The position numbers and the translations under genes were made by a program. DNA of 63,620 nt, counting the filler, from Lenisia limosa (Eukaryota; Protista; Breviatea), in the NCBI GenBank assembly GCA_001655205.1. It is 7 parts of 7 records of this genome, joined end to end, with 100 filler letters (N's around TTAATTAATTAA, not from the genome) between each part and the next. Parts side by side here need not be neighbours in the genome. Positions count along the whole stretch, not along the records: positions 27,232 to 58,131 come from LPNZ01011359.1; 6 more parts are not named here. The stretch is one strand, 5' to 3'. The notes below the pieces were generated by a model. It saw only the letters and a list, made by a program, of their open reading frames with translations. It searched no databases and was not told the DNA's origin. Every line of letters begins with the position of its first letter. Position 1 is the stretch's first letter. Of the stretch, positions 37,519-51,600 are shown piece after piece.

Positions 37519-40500
37519 ATGCTCCTGGTTGCCGGCCTTCTCCTGGCCTTTTTAGCTGCCCACGTCTCTGCTGAGCCCACAAAGTACTACACTCAGGCGT
37601 ATGACCCTATTTCGTAAGCCTCTCCACTCCCTCAAGAACTAAAGAGCTTTATTCACATTCCTCAAAGATTGAAGGATTGGAGTGTCATATTTGTTTGCCC
37701 CCCTCCCCCACTATTCCCAATGTGTCAACTAGTGCAAAATCAATCAGCTAGTCCATCATTAATACCTCTTTTCAGCGTGATGTGGAGGGCTTCAGCCTGA
37801 ATACTTCCTCTTCCTATTATTTAGTTCAGCGTGATGTGGAGGGCTTCAGCCTGAATACTTCCTCTTTCTATTATTTAGTTGATATTATGCGATAGATTGG
37901 AACCCCTTAATACACTCTCCTTCAAGATATTAACACCCCTTTTACCGCCATTTGCTTTAGACCCGAGGCGACAGAATTCCCCCTCTTTGCCTGGAGCACC
38001 GAGCAGGATATGTTTGTCCCCAGCGGTATCAACTCCGCAGGTCTCATGGCTACCGGATGGCGTGGGGCGTGGGGGGTCTAATAACAGGATGATGATGTTG
38101 ATGATGACAATTGGGACTGGATTTCTGATATTCTGAGGGAGGGAGGGGGTATTGAGCCGTGTATTCAACTGCTTCCATCAACCTTTAATTACTGTTACGT
38201 GTATATGAAAAGAGTCCTTGCCTGATCTTCCTGAGTTCACTCTGCAGTCCAAGGCGGAAAATACATGAACCGAAACCTGGCCCCTTTCAACAGCGACAGC
38301 AAGCACATTGATGTTTTGGAGTTTGACCCAAAGTGGGCAGAAAAAAAGCTACTGATGGAAATAAGCTCCGATATTGTTTTGTTGGTACCATACTCAGACT
38401 GTCATACAACCTTCCAGATTTTTTTTTTTTTTTTTTTCAACTCATGAATCAGAACCAAAAGTTACACAAAGATGCCGCAGCCATTGTACCCCATCTCCCC
38501 TGACCTCCCTTATTCGTTCCAATTTACTGGTATGATGGGAGACTCGTCGTAAACAGGCCACTGGATATATTGTGAGGTTTTTACCAATAGGACAATCGGT
38601 AAATTTTTGACATATGAAACTCCATCAAAAGCTGTAGTCATCCCTCGCAGCCAATAATAACCACCTGGTGCTCTCTGGCATGGATCCCACCAAGGATACT
38701 TTGGGCATGGTGCAACTCCTCGATGTTTTCGGTGGTATGGGGGNNNNNNNNNNNNNNNNNNNNNNNNNNNNNNNNNNNNNNNNNNNNNNNNNNNNNNNNN
38801 NNNNNNNNNNNNNNNNNNNNNNNNNNNNNNNNNNNNNNNNNNNNNNNTTTGAGATTATATTACTGAATATAAATATCAACAACATTTGTTGATAGTAGTA
38901 ACCCAGCTTTGTTGTTTTTCACCCCAGAATACGCCCCTGTTCTTCTTGCAACCCCGGGTGATATATTGGGATACCCTGAGCTTGAAATTGTCACCAAGTG
39001 TATTGGAGAACGCATTTACGTAAGTGAAGGGGACAAATTGAAGTCTGGCAAATAATTTCCACAAGACCAGTCGAAGTGATGTTCTCAGATCCGGTCGCGT
39101 AGTAACGCCTTCGACTGCAACATGATGTGGTACAATGCTGATGACGTCACCATCTACAAAACAGTTGAAACAAGTATGATGCCTAGGATATGGTGTGAAT
39201 CACTTTTTTTAATCGTTTATGATGAGATTTGGGATAACATATTACACCAAAGAACTACTTCGGTTCGAAAAAAGACGGAATTTCTCGATAAATTTCCGAT
39301 AACTGTCGATATTTTACCAGTCTTTTTTGAACCGAAGTGAAGAACAATGATCCCCTGCATTACAATCCTCTGATCCACAATAGTGAACATAGCAACCCCT
39401 CTCCACAAAACTTACAGTTTAGACGGAGTGTGTATCTCTGCAGACTTCCAGCTCTCATCGGACGAGGACGGTGTTGTTGCAGTACTTGGCCTGGGTGTTG
39501 CCCCCGATCGTTGGTTCAATGCCACCACTATGAAGTGTTTGGACGGGCCATGTCTCGACACCACCCCTGTGTAGGCATACGGGGCGGGGATCAATCAAAA
39601 ATCCAGAACGCATGAAGTTAATAATATATCAGGCTTTTTTGTGATAGATTAACATTTTGCTCTGAAGTAAACAGCTTTGGGATGTCCCGTTTGTTATTTC
39701 TAATATCGGCGTCCTCTTTGCTCATATTTGTTGCTCTTTCTCGCTTGCTTGCCAGTTCGATCAAGACTAAGTCCTCCAGGAGCCTCTCGCCCAATCTTCA
39801 GTACCCATTCCAGTTTGCCCTCGACCCGCACCAGAACCTGTGGTACGGCTTCAACTCCACTGCTATTCAGTTCATTGTGGGTGGACAACCAACACTCTTT
39901 GGGATGTTGACTAGGCATACTGCCCCAGTGCCAACCCTAATTTTGGTACCTGATTGTTTAGGAATATGATGTTGAAACGCTTGAGTATAAAGAATTTGCT
40001 ACTCTGTTCACCACCACTGACCTCTCAAAGTTTGCATGTTGTGTTTTGGTAAATCTTTTTGAATCATTTATATAACAATCATACCAACTATTTTTTATTT
40101 ATTATCTCTACACATATAATATAAAAAAGTATAGAAGAAAGTCATGCACATATTATATGTTCGATTTACGATATTAGGTATCAATCAGTCCTTCGGTCTG
40201 TTGTTGAGCCAGTTCTCGCATGGGATCCAAATGATCTTGAGCAGAACAGCATTCAACTTGGGTGGGTCTCTCACCTTTACCAACTCTCGAAATTTGTTTT
40301 ATTATTCAAGGTTTGAGATTGAAATTGACGGCGTCATCCATGGTCTCAACAAAATTGTTCTCCGTGGCCAAACTTACACCAAAAAAGGTTGGTGATGCCA
40401 TGGTTTTGTATGCCAGTTGGGCGTATTGTACCATTTATTATGTTAACACCATTTAGATAATGGACTTTTCGGCTTGGTGGTGATGTCCGGACCAAACCTT

Positions 40501-40587
40501 GCCGAGGCTTTTGCTGCACAGGGCAGTGACCTGACGTCCGTGTCAGGCCAAGCCAAGTACCGCTTTTTCATGGCCGGCCAACATTAG
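37519..40587 (+). CDS. Secreted/cell-surface protein of unknown function (~15 exons)
   Basis: Signal-peptide-like MLLVAGLLLAFLAAHVSAEPTK...; exons PEATEFPLFAWSTEQDMFVPSG, NHLVLSGMDPTKDTLGMVQLLDVFG, NTPCSSCNPGDILGYPE, DFQLSSDEDGVVAVLGLG, QYPFQFALDPHQNLWYGFNS, FEIEIDGVIHGLNKIVLRG; last exon ...YRFFMAGQH*. R1 MITE at 39255-39342 lies in an intron. Confidence 0.7.
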
Positions 40588-41097
40588 GTCTTCACATAGT
40601 AATAATACAGATTGGAGTTCTCAAATTNNNNNNNNNNNNNNNNNNNNNNNNNNNNNNNNNNNNNNNNNNNNNNNNNNNNNNNNNNNNNNNNNNNNNNNNN
40701 NNNNNNNNNNNNNNNNNNNNNNNNNNNNNNNNNNNNNNNNNNNNNNNNNNNNNNNNNNNNNNNNNNNNNNNNNNNNNNNNNNNNNNNNNNNNNNNNNNNN
40801 NNNNNNNNNNNNNNNNNNNNNNNNNNNNNNNNNNNNNNNNNNNNNNNNNAATTTTTGCCCTTTCCTTTTGCATCTCATGAATTTATATTTTCTGTGCGTT
40901 GAGCGTTCACGTCGAGTTGAAATTCTGATTTTGGAAAGTTTGAATTCGTCACTTCTCTTTCTTACCCCAAGGAATAACGTTAAATTAAAGCTATAAATGA
41001 TCTCATTGATATTAATATGCATTCTATAACGATATTGGAATGTAATTTGAGTGTTTACATTCTTGCCACACACACACACACACCCACATTCACCCTA

Positions 41098-44000
41098 GTA
41101 TCAACAAAACAAAGGATGAGCTGCTTACTGCTCGAGAGTATTTTATACACCGTGATATGTAACACACATTTCTATGATGAAAATGAAACGTTCGTCATAT
41201 TGGAATTCTTGGAGGTGGGTCACTTGCATATCCTTGACCATCGCTCTTCTCACACTTCATCGTGATCACAACTTGTAGCTCTATTATGAAATAATTAACC
41301 AGCTCCCTACAGCCCCCGCAATGGTCCTTGCATTTTGCCTCAAAACTCATATCGGGGCGCTGAGAGTCACCAATCATAACTGACAACCTCTCGGTCCCTA
41401 GCATCAAAACGGTCCATTTTGTGAAAAGTAAAAAAGAGTAAGCTTGTTCTAAATTTATAAGATGAATAGGAGTGTGAATACATTTCTTCATATTAATCTT
41501 GTAGTAAACGCAAACACCGAAACAGTGCTTTTCAGGAGTTTACCCTTGGTGATAGTCAAAAAACTGTCATCAACAGGGAATTCAGGAGGCAACACATTGC
41601 TGATTGCTATGTTTGTGGGGAATACAAAGATATTCACGAAGTGGTAGTTCATTATTTAGATCGACAGCTTAGGTACCCTAATATTCACAGTTTCACTTAC
41701 ATTTTTGGCCCAAGTGACTGCCGGTAATTTCACGATAACTTCATTTGATCTGATTTTTCCTCTCGGACTTTCAAGTGTTGCTCTTAGTAGGCCACTGGGA
41801 ATAATAACTGCAGAACTTAGAATAATTCACATTGTATATGAAATTTATTACAATTGGGATAATGTCCAGGGACATTTTGGGCCTTGTATACAGCTAAAAA
41901 GATCAAATAAGGCAAGGAATTATACTTTGCATTTATCAATGCAATTCAACAGGATGAAGATGACCCCTTTAGGTTCCTTGAATGTGTGTTAATTAATCAT
42001 TAATGTTCTTACTCAATTTAGAGTAGCTACAGCTTTTGCTGCATACCTTACAACCGACATCGGACAAGGCAAGTGAGTGATTGTTTCCAAGTACTGAAAT
42101 TGCTATTATTTGTCTCAGTTGAAATGTAAATTCATTGTGACACTTTAGATTTCCGAGGTTCTATTATTTGTTATCGGTCTGTATTGATGTCTTCAAGTTA
42201 ACTGCCTTGGCATTTCTGTTGTTTTTCGATAAATCAATGACGATTACCCTCCGGTCATGTTACATGATTGTTATTGGAGGTTTAGGGTGTGAGGACATTA
42301 ACGCATTCCATTTTCACACCTGCAGTATATCTGGTCTTCCACTGGCTGCTTCTTTGGGGACAATGTTTTACTTTACCTTTTTGATGAGTATTTTAGAGAC
42401 TTTAGATGGGTAGGAACTGTATTGAATTATGTTTGATTGTACACTTATCAGCTGTCCTGTGGGGTAATGTTTTACATTTAATAGGAAAACCATGATTTAA
42501 CTACACCCGTTCGATTTTGATGATGATGGCGGTTATCATTGCTTGCTTGGTCAACAGAATAAGGTCAACTATACAAATGACACTGGCAAAACGAAAGGGA
42601 AATGCATAACTGACCAGGATGAGTGGGTTGGTATGACTGCAATTCAACAATGAATCTTATGATTATTCCTTCAACTTGAGAAATTGAATGTAAGACCTTA
42701 TGTTATGATGACGAAACATGAAAGTGGAACATTGATTCACTGAATGGTCTGTTCTAATATCTCCTAGAAGGACTACAGACACAAATGATACCACCCCATG
42801 TCCAGGCACGTAACAAGATAAGTACTAGCAATTGAACTGTGTTCACTGATTTGCGGATTTAGATGCAACCAAAAGGAACAATGGAGTCTAATAACCAAAT
42901 TGACTTTTTCGAAAAAGTGTCCATCGCATTCATTTATGTAAGATTTGATGACTTATTTGAATATTGAGTTGATAGCTTCTGTTTTAATTGTGTAGGTTGA
43001 ATTTCTCAATGCTAAGAAGACGATGTCTTCAACAAATGTGAGTGGAGTTTGAATAGAATATGAACTTTTTGTGTCCAATTGGTATTTTAAACATATCATA
43101 TAGTACCCAAACAAGCATTATTCCAATCAACTATACAATTAGCTTCTTAAAGAGCACACAAAGTTGTCTAAAATTATCGATAAGAGTATTGAAAAGCACA
43201 ATTGGTTATGCAGTGTTATGAATGAAATCTCTACATGTATGATTGAAATATTTAAATGACTCTTTTTTGACAAGCAAAACACTTAGTGTGTTTATTACTG
43301 CAATCACATGAAATTACCATTCTAGCTTTAAGCTTGAACAAGTGGACTATTCAATGGTCCTAGTTGGAGGACTCACCGTTCAGTCACAGGACTATATTAA
43401 TACCAAGCGTACTAATGTATCAAATAATCATCATTATTGTATTCTTTGAACATCTCAAAAGGTTGACAATTTAGATTTTGGAGTCGCAGGGTCAGTAAGG
43501 CTGCTTGAACACTAGATAATGCCAATAGCTGCATAAAGATTAGAAAAATATTCATTGAAAAGTACTCACAAATAGTTATTTATTGGATTTTGATGTGTAT
43601 AGAATTGTTTGTTGACCCTTTCATATTGCAGGTTTATCACAGCAATGGGTAATGGTGTCGCCCTCGCTGAACCTTGCTTCAAGAGTGGCATGCTCTGCTG
43701 ACCCTAATACTATTATGTCTGTTGGTGTTACAATTTGGTCTCACAAATTGAAAATCTATTGTAATAAAGTTCTGTTTTGAATGTCCAAGATTATCCTATG
43801 AAGCAGCCCAGTCCCTGTTTAACTCATCTGGTGTTTGTCTTAAAGGTAAAGTAAAACTCTTGTTCGGCATATATACACAGATATAATATATATTTGTATA
43901 TGTCATTAATGTATGTGTAATATATATGATATGTACATGTATATGTATAATATATGTATGTCATTAAAATTTAGTGAACTTCAACACGTCATGGAGACAG

Positions 44001-47000
44001 TGATGAATGGCGAATAACACCCAAGTGTAAAAGCAATGCCTAAGTAAGCTTTGGCAATATCTTCTTCTATTTTTTTTATATTCAAGAGTTGGATGCTGAA
44101 AGTGCATAAAGTTGTGTTTCTAAAAATCATTACAATTCATCTGAATGAGTAGAATAGAGATGCTTACTTCCTGGGGTCGTCATTTTATTTCTCAGCTACG
44201 GCCACTGATGAAGCAAAATGTATCTGAGACTATTCTTCAGCTATTTTCAGTAGTGGCACCGTCCGAATCCAATCGTATTGAAATGCACTGTATCAAGCTA
44301 ATGTATATAAATAAAAACGCACTAAGATGCCTTGCGCGGTAACAATATTGCAATGTTCTCTGTTCATTGTTTATGATGAAAGTGGCAATGGCCAATTGAC
44401 CAGAGAGTTTATCAGACATTGACAGCGCAGCGAGCAATTGGTGTGTAAATAGCGTCCATTAACTATTTCCCATTTCTCTATTGCAAGACTAAAACAACAT
44501 TTTCCATTTTGACTGATTTAGGCGGAAGCATTTACCGAATTGAGAGTGCATTGAGATGTTGAGATGTTTTGGATTTTGAAAGGTCTTATGTTTTGTGTAT
44601 CTATTTTGTTCATAGTTACTCTTTTGTTTCTTTTATTTCAATATTGTGATGTAGAAAGTTTAGTTTGATTAATATTATGTACTGAAAATAGGTGACACAA
44701 GTGGCCATCTCTTCTTCTAAGGCTCTACAGCAAATTCCTACACAAATTAGGATAAACAATGGTTATATTCTAGACTATAAATAGAATGCTTATATATTTC
44801 TATTAATAAGAAGCATTTCTGAGGGGAATTTAACAGATTTACCATTTCATCTAGTTGGTACTCCATGACATAGTTGTCTCCGTAGACAGTTTCTAAACCA
44901 ATCATTTGGAAACATATATTTCCGAAAAGTATTCACGTCTAAACCAAGCAGCACTTTCAATATTGATTTCTAAATGACAATAAATTTCACAAGTTAACTA
45001 CCTTTTTCTTGTTTCTAACTGTTGGTGGACACAAAATTCTCTAAAACAGGTGGCAAAAGGTGACTATAATCATAAGAAAATTGGAGAAGTTGTTGTTCCT
45101 GGGCACCACCGTTACTTACAATTCATTGGCAAACTTTGAATGTAAAAATTTATTCATTTGAAGATCATTCTCAGCAGAAGTGTGTATGTTATCATCTTGC
45201 ACAGTCACATATTGATAGCTGATAGCAAACCTGTTAGTAGTAAATTCAAGAGCTGTAACAGTCTTGCAATAACCCCATCACTTGCTAGAAAGTAAGATGA
45301 CAAAAAATAACAAACAATTTTGGAAAGATGAAATATTGGATAATAAAAACACAAGTGCTCTTGAGGCAACTTCCATAGTCAAACATTCTAGAAATGTTTA
45401 TAGGTAAGTCATATATAGGTCTTACCGGTAGTGCAGAAACATGAGAGAATAAAGAGACATTGACGAGCAACAACATCATCAGCAATCCACATCTCCAAAA
45501 TAGCCACAATTATGTCCACAGACAATTCAGTATTCATTGAGGGAATCGAGGCTGGGTCTAAAAATGACAATCATACATTTCGTACAGTGGGTAATGATTC
45601 TTTCAAGAACAAAAAGTGCTCTTTGAAGACTTTTGAGATCTGAATTGTAATTGACAACAAAGTCAAGTATCTTCAGGTGGGCCTTATTTTGCGACAAAAC
45701 AATGCACATTTCAACTAAGAAGTTAATACAATAACCAAGGTAATGTGCAACCCCCAGCAGACAATCTTCTGACATTGGAATGAAAATATCTAAAACCAAG
45801 TCTAAGTTTCGTGACTCAATGTGATTCAAGAAATCCACTATCCCAGGGTGAGAGCGTAGGGATTCTAATACAACATCTGAATGATGTGAAATTGGGAATA
45901 CGTAATATTTGATAGCAGAATTTTTGACAGTGCCGTTTTACTCCCGTATTACCATTTTTCAGAAGAGAGGCAGTAAGCTCCAATGAGAGAGTTATCATAG
46001 AATCTGAGCTATGCGCAGCCCAAATATCAAAGCAAATGTCTATTAAAGATAGCGACATTCCAAGAGGCACTTCAACTGAACTGTCAGAAAATCCACAATG
46101 TAATGTTACCTGAATATGAATAGCTAATGAAAAAGTTCAGGTATATGAATGATGGTGTTTCTAGGGCTGTAGACGTTTGTAACAGGGCGACAACCTGTTG
46201 ACGGTTACTAAAATGGAATCCGCCTTGGTTGTGTCATAATTAATTTGCACAATTGTTGATGTATTAGACAATCAAGATTAAAAATACCCTCTTACATAGT
46301 ATACAATTGAATTATCTATATCTTTTGCCTGATCAACTACAGGGGTAATTCAACAAAAGAAATACCCAGGACCTACTATTTCGGTCCATGAAAGTTGTTA
46401 AAATATCAAGACATGTAAGCGCAAGTGTTCCTAAATGGTTAACTCATTTGGAGAACTAACCGGTCTCACAACAGTCTAAAGATGCACCAGCATGATACTC
46501 AATTGCCATTCTATGGTATCATAACATGATTTACAAACTCTTTCGAGAATTTGCGTTTATTCAGGTTGTATCTCATGAGAACGTCGGAAATAACCCGGTG
46601 CATTTTTGCCTCAATCATGGATTGAAGCACTGCATCTGTATGGTAATTATGAGACCGCTTCAAGTATTATCCCACGCTCACCATCTTTCTTCACAATGCG
46701 CTGAATCACTCCAAGATTCCACTCAACCAGGTATGAGGAATTTTGAACCAGGTTCCATACCAAGCACAACAATCCGCGATACGCTATGCTAATGATATAT
46801 GGAAAAAGAAAGACTAAATTGTCAGAAAATACTTGACTTACCATCATTGTTCACAATTTTGAGACTAAAAACAATAGTTTTGTGAATTTTTGATTCAATT
46901 TTTATTTGACAAGCCTAAATAGTGGCACAGTGATCAGAATTTATAGGAAGCACTAACAATTTGAATATTGATAAACGCAGTTTTCAAAACAAAATAAGAC

Positions 47001-48476
47001 CATTCCATAATTCGGCTTTGTGCGTCTTTATTTATTAGCATGTTAAGGTCATTTATTACACAAAACTCCTACCAGATAAGTCTTGAGATATTGTTGAAGT
47101 GAAACCAAACAGCATGGAAACAATCGAAAAAGTTGTTGAAATTATTAAGAATGGACATAGGAAGAGGTAAGTTAAGCTTTTCTGAAGAACCTAGTTTTAA
47201 AAATAAGCTGAACAGTACCCTACCAATTTTAAGGAGGTATTTATAGCAGTCCTGATCGTACTTGCAACACGTGCAAGGATATTCATAAACTTAACATAGA
47301 GATCTAAACCAATTTAGTGGTATCAAGAGGTGCATACAAAGTGTATCTGTAAAAAAGTGGAAAATTCCTAATATCACTTCAAGTCCATTATTCAGGAGAT
47401 TGAAGCTGAGTATTGGGACTATTAAGGAAAAACAGATGCCAAGTTGCAGAGCCTTAAAAGTAACCACGGTACTTGAAAATGAACTCACATTTTTAATACT
47501 TCGCACAACAAATTGAATAGAGTGACTGCCAATATTGACTACACAATGAGGCTGTTTTACTGTTTCATACCCATCACCATTGGCAATACTTTGATGATAT
47601 CCAAAATCAGGTGACAGAGGATGCACACATTGAAAGTCAAAAAGACATACAATGATTCCATCGAGGTATACTGCCGGTTTTGACCTTTATGGTAATTGGA
47701 GGTACATAAATTGAAACAGCATCTTCAGTCAAAAACATTTTCATTGTAATAACAATTACATTGCCAATATGCCCTTCGTTTGAAAATGAAAGGAAAAGTA
47801 TAATATCATTAGAATAATTGTAACTTTAATAAATTTGAATGACACACTTACATTCCATGGGAGACAGCTTATCAAGAGCTGTCTTTAGCTGTGGTAATCC
47901 TGGAGGTAGCCACACTAGCTACAAAATAATAGAAAGTAAGAGTGGTCAACTTACATGTATCTCTTTTCGTTTCTAGCAATTGTTATTGTAATCTCTGATA
48001 CATTGCACCTAATTAGGGAAGTGCTATTACCCAACCAGCGAAGTCAATACGTTAATGATGATTGGAAAAGCCACTATATAGTCCCTGAGAGAGAGTCAAA
48101 AAGAAAAAAGGTAAGGGGAGTAAGTGGTGAAGATGGGCAAGAGTGTAGGCCAAGAGTATTTCATTTGGTTCCCTAAATGAAAATGGTGACACAATTTCCC
48201 AAAAAGGTAAGTTTCTTTGGTCATAATATTAATCAGATGTTGGTTGCTGATGCATTGTTAGATTTACATCTTTTACGTTGACTGATAACCATCCTTCTAA
48301 ATACAGGCTCGGATATGATGATATTTATCACCCTTTTCAAATAAATGCCCTATACTTTTGCCCACATAACGTACATATGATTTGGAAAGATTTTATTTTA
48401 CAAAAAGCAGTTAGTATCATTTTTGTAAAGAGAATTGCCTTGTTAACACAATTATTAACATCTAAATTTAAGAAAT
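41098..48476 (+). pseudogene. Degenerate paralogue (copy A) of the two-domain membrane guanylyl cyclase
   Basis: Exons colinear with the minus-strand gene at 48601-56272: SISGLPLAASLGTMFYFTFLMSIL, GKP*FNYTRSILMMM...KGNA*LTRM (TGA 42493, TAA 42607), EGLQTQMIPPHV, QIDFFEKVSIAFIY, FKLEQVDYSMVLVGGL, QWVMVSPSLNLASRV, LSYEAAQSL, EIPRTYYFGP*K (TGA 46389). Also TAA at 44015 and an apparent frameshift near 43510; the C2 domain is barely recognisable. End coordinates approximate. Confidence 0.8.
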
Positions 48477-48600
48477 AATTAAACAAATAAAAAAGACAAC
48501 ATACTTATGGTTTTGAGACAGTAAAATACACAACTTAACAAATAGTAAACAAACAAAAACAAATTATACAAATAATAGCTAAAAAATCTTCTAGTAGATC

Positions 48601-51600
48601 CTAATAAATTCGATAGAACTGTCCTCCGACAGCTCTTTGGGCCTTAATGATCTTGACATTAGACTCGTCAATCTGGGCTATAGACGGACTGAGTGACATG
48701 GGCGATTCCTGAAGGTGTCAAGAACAATATATGTATATGTATAAATATAATATTGTATATGTATAAATAAAAAATTACATGGTTATATCTGGCTAAAGTA
48801 TAAAAATTGTTGGATACAATACCAACATGACATATTATTACTATCAATTGAGCTTTGGCAGAGGGCGTAACCTGTATCACAAGTATAAATTGATTGTGGT
48901 GAGTTTTCACCAAAAACTCATGATTTTACTGCTGATGTCAAGAGTTAATGTATGAAGCATGAAATTATCATACCAATCTACATAAATATTCAAAGAAAAA
49001 GGCTATGGCAATCATGAATCACCCCAATTCTCACAATGAAAACATCATCAATAAGACTGAGCTTTGTACATGTGAATTCTGAGTCAGAGGGGATCTCCTT
49101 TGGAATGTAGCTCAAGGGTGCTGATATGTCGGATCCTTGACTTATTGAACGCATTGGGGGCACCTTCCAATGTAAGGATTCTAGTTTTACATTTAGGTTC
49201 GCGGTGTATCATAATTACAATTTTTTTGCGTGGTAATAAGACGCTGTGGTCCCAGTTTTACTGAGGAGAAAACCACACTTACTGGAGAAAATTTGCTGCT
49301 TACTTCATCGACAATTGTAGCAACCCCCTAAAATATCAGCACTCATTATTTCAAAATCATGAGCTTACATTAACCACGAGTTCTTGAACTGTTGCATGGT
49401 TTGCTGCGATCGTGTTTTCGAGTGTTGCTTGTTCGAGGAGATGGGCCAATTCTGGTGCTTCACCCCACTGGAAATGTAATGTTTATGGCTGATTGCCATT
49501 TAGTGGTCATTTAACTAAACCTCCCACAATGAGGTATCTTGGGCGCGATTTTCCGATGACGCCGCCGATAGCACCACCTGTTGCGACTGCAATGCGTACT
49601 AAAGTCTCTTTTTCTCTCTTTTAGATGAGAATCACAGAAAGTAAAGAGAAGTTTATATTTGAAAAGACATTTTCAATTGAATAACTTTGGAGAAAGAAGC
49701 AATTCAATAGTTACACCATCAAACCAGTATCGAAAAGTTTTGAACAATTTGGAGCAGATCTCGAGCCAAGCGGGTAATGGCAATCTAAATGATAATACAG
49801 AGAGCTTGAAGGGAATCTCCACATATGGCTATTCTTAGTTGTATGTATACTTGTAAACATGGGCATTTATATTTATATAGGTTGTGGTTACAACTAACCT
49901 GAGGGTTTATAGCCACATTGCTAGCGCCAGAAATAGCCTAAGTATTTTAAATCATATTATGACAGCTCTATTTCTTACCACCCAAGCATCTCCAATGGTG
50001 TACAATCGGTCACACTGTCTTCGTTTGCAAGCTTGGTCAAATTTGTTTACTAAATGATAAACGCTGTATTTATAATATTCATACCAAGGAACGCAACGTA
50101 TTTGAACAAGCTAACTGGGTCTTTTCCTATACTATCCCGTGTGAAGTTTACAACATCAAGCTAAAACAGTCAATTATCTATCGTCCTACTTGTAAAACAG
50201 AAAGGCCTGTGTGAGTTTCATGATGCAAGTCCCCTGACATGACACGTGGCACTATATGGCTCGGAACAAGAGTAGCAATGATGCCTGAATTGTAATGGTT
50301 AACGGTTAACAAACTTTGTAACTCAGTGCTGCGGTGGTTGATGACTTCCATGGTTATAAAACTGCATATCGAGTGACGCAGTTTCCGTCGAGAGTACAAA
50401 ACCATTGGAAAGATGGACATTAACATGACAGTAAATCTCAGAACAATTGTGGTCCTTTGATTGTGAGTAATAATAATTAATACTGAGAACAGAGACAGTC
50501 TGTGAAATGATCAATAATATAATAAACAAATTAAAATATTTGGAACAATAATCAGAGTTGAGGCTAACCACTCAACATCAAAGAATATACTATTGATAGT
50601 GTCGAGTACAATCACAGATATACTGGCAGGAAATCTAAATGGATAACTTAAAAAATTTGAAGATTGCTCACAAAGCAAGCTTACAAAAATAGAAACTGTG
50701 CATTTGAAAGTACATAAGGTGCTATCATCCACGTGATCGTCTTGACAAGCTGATGTTCGTGACTGAGATCCATGAAGAATTGTGTGAAACATCAACACTT
50801 CCGATTTTATACGATTTCTTTTCAGTACTATCTATACTTAAGCTTACTTAGTAACTTCGTCTCCTTCGCCAACACTATACGCCAAAGCCGCCAACGACAT
50901 AAACAGTGGAATTGTGTAGTTTTTTGCTCTAAAGTAGATCAATTTTGAGAGTTAAAAAGTCAATATAATACAAGGTTCTTCCGTTTATTATTTTAGAACA
51001 GTGGAATTCCACTTACTTGTTGAAACATGGAATAAAGGCGACACATGAAATTATGTAGGCAATGATCATGATAATGAAGAATTGTTTTACTTTTGACTAC
51101 ATGGTAAGTAGCTGTAAAGTAGAACCTACTTCCGAGAAGTAGTAAGTCCTCGTTTCTTCTTGATATTCAGTTTCATAGCTAAAAAATTAGTTTTATCATA
51201 TTAAAATATTTTTAAACGGTTTTTCCATTTTAAGTAAAATTGCGATATAACTTATCTAACCTGAAGAATGTCACCACTATCACTGTCAGTAGAATGAAAC
51301 TAGTGGCATAGTCCATCACCTGGAATATGAAGAAGGAAACTGACTGATCCATATACCCTTGACTGTTCCATCAACTCGTCATCAAACTCAGCTTGTGTGT
51401 TCTCAAAAGACTTGTTATGTCGCATCTGGTAGTATTAGTTATGGATGATTTTCGAATATGAAGCTAAGATAGGGTGGAATCCTAAATACTCAGCAACTTC
51501 TAAATCATACAAGAATCAGTAAACATATTTCTGTGTACTAATTAAATTGATGTTAACACACTCTTGGGGAGACGTGTTGCTGAGGTTCTTCACTTTTGTA

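Noticed and set aside
42485-46400. Stop-codon reassignment (TAA=Gln, TGA=Trp) suggested by stops in cyclase copy A aligning to Gln or hydrophobic residues
   Set aside because: Coronin, Rab14, Tom22, the cupin and PPIL4 end at TAA/TAG/TGA and show no internal stops; copy B has none in the traced exons; copy A also has a frameshift. Single transitions in a pseudogene explain the stops.
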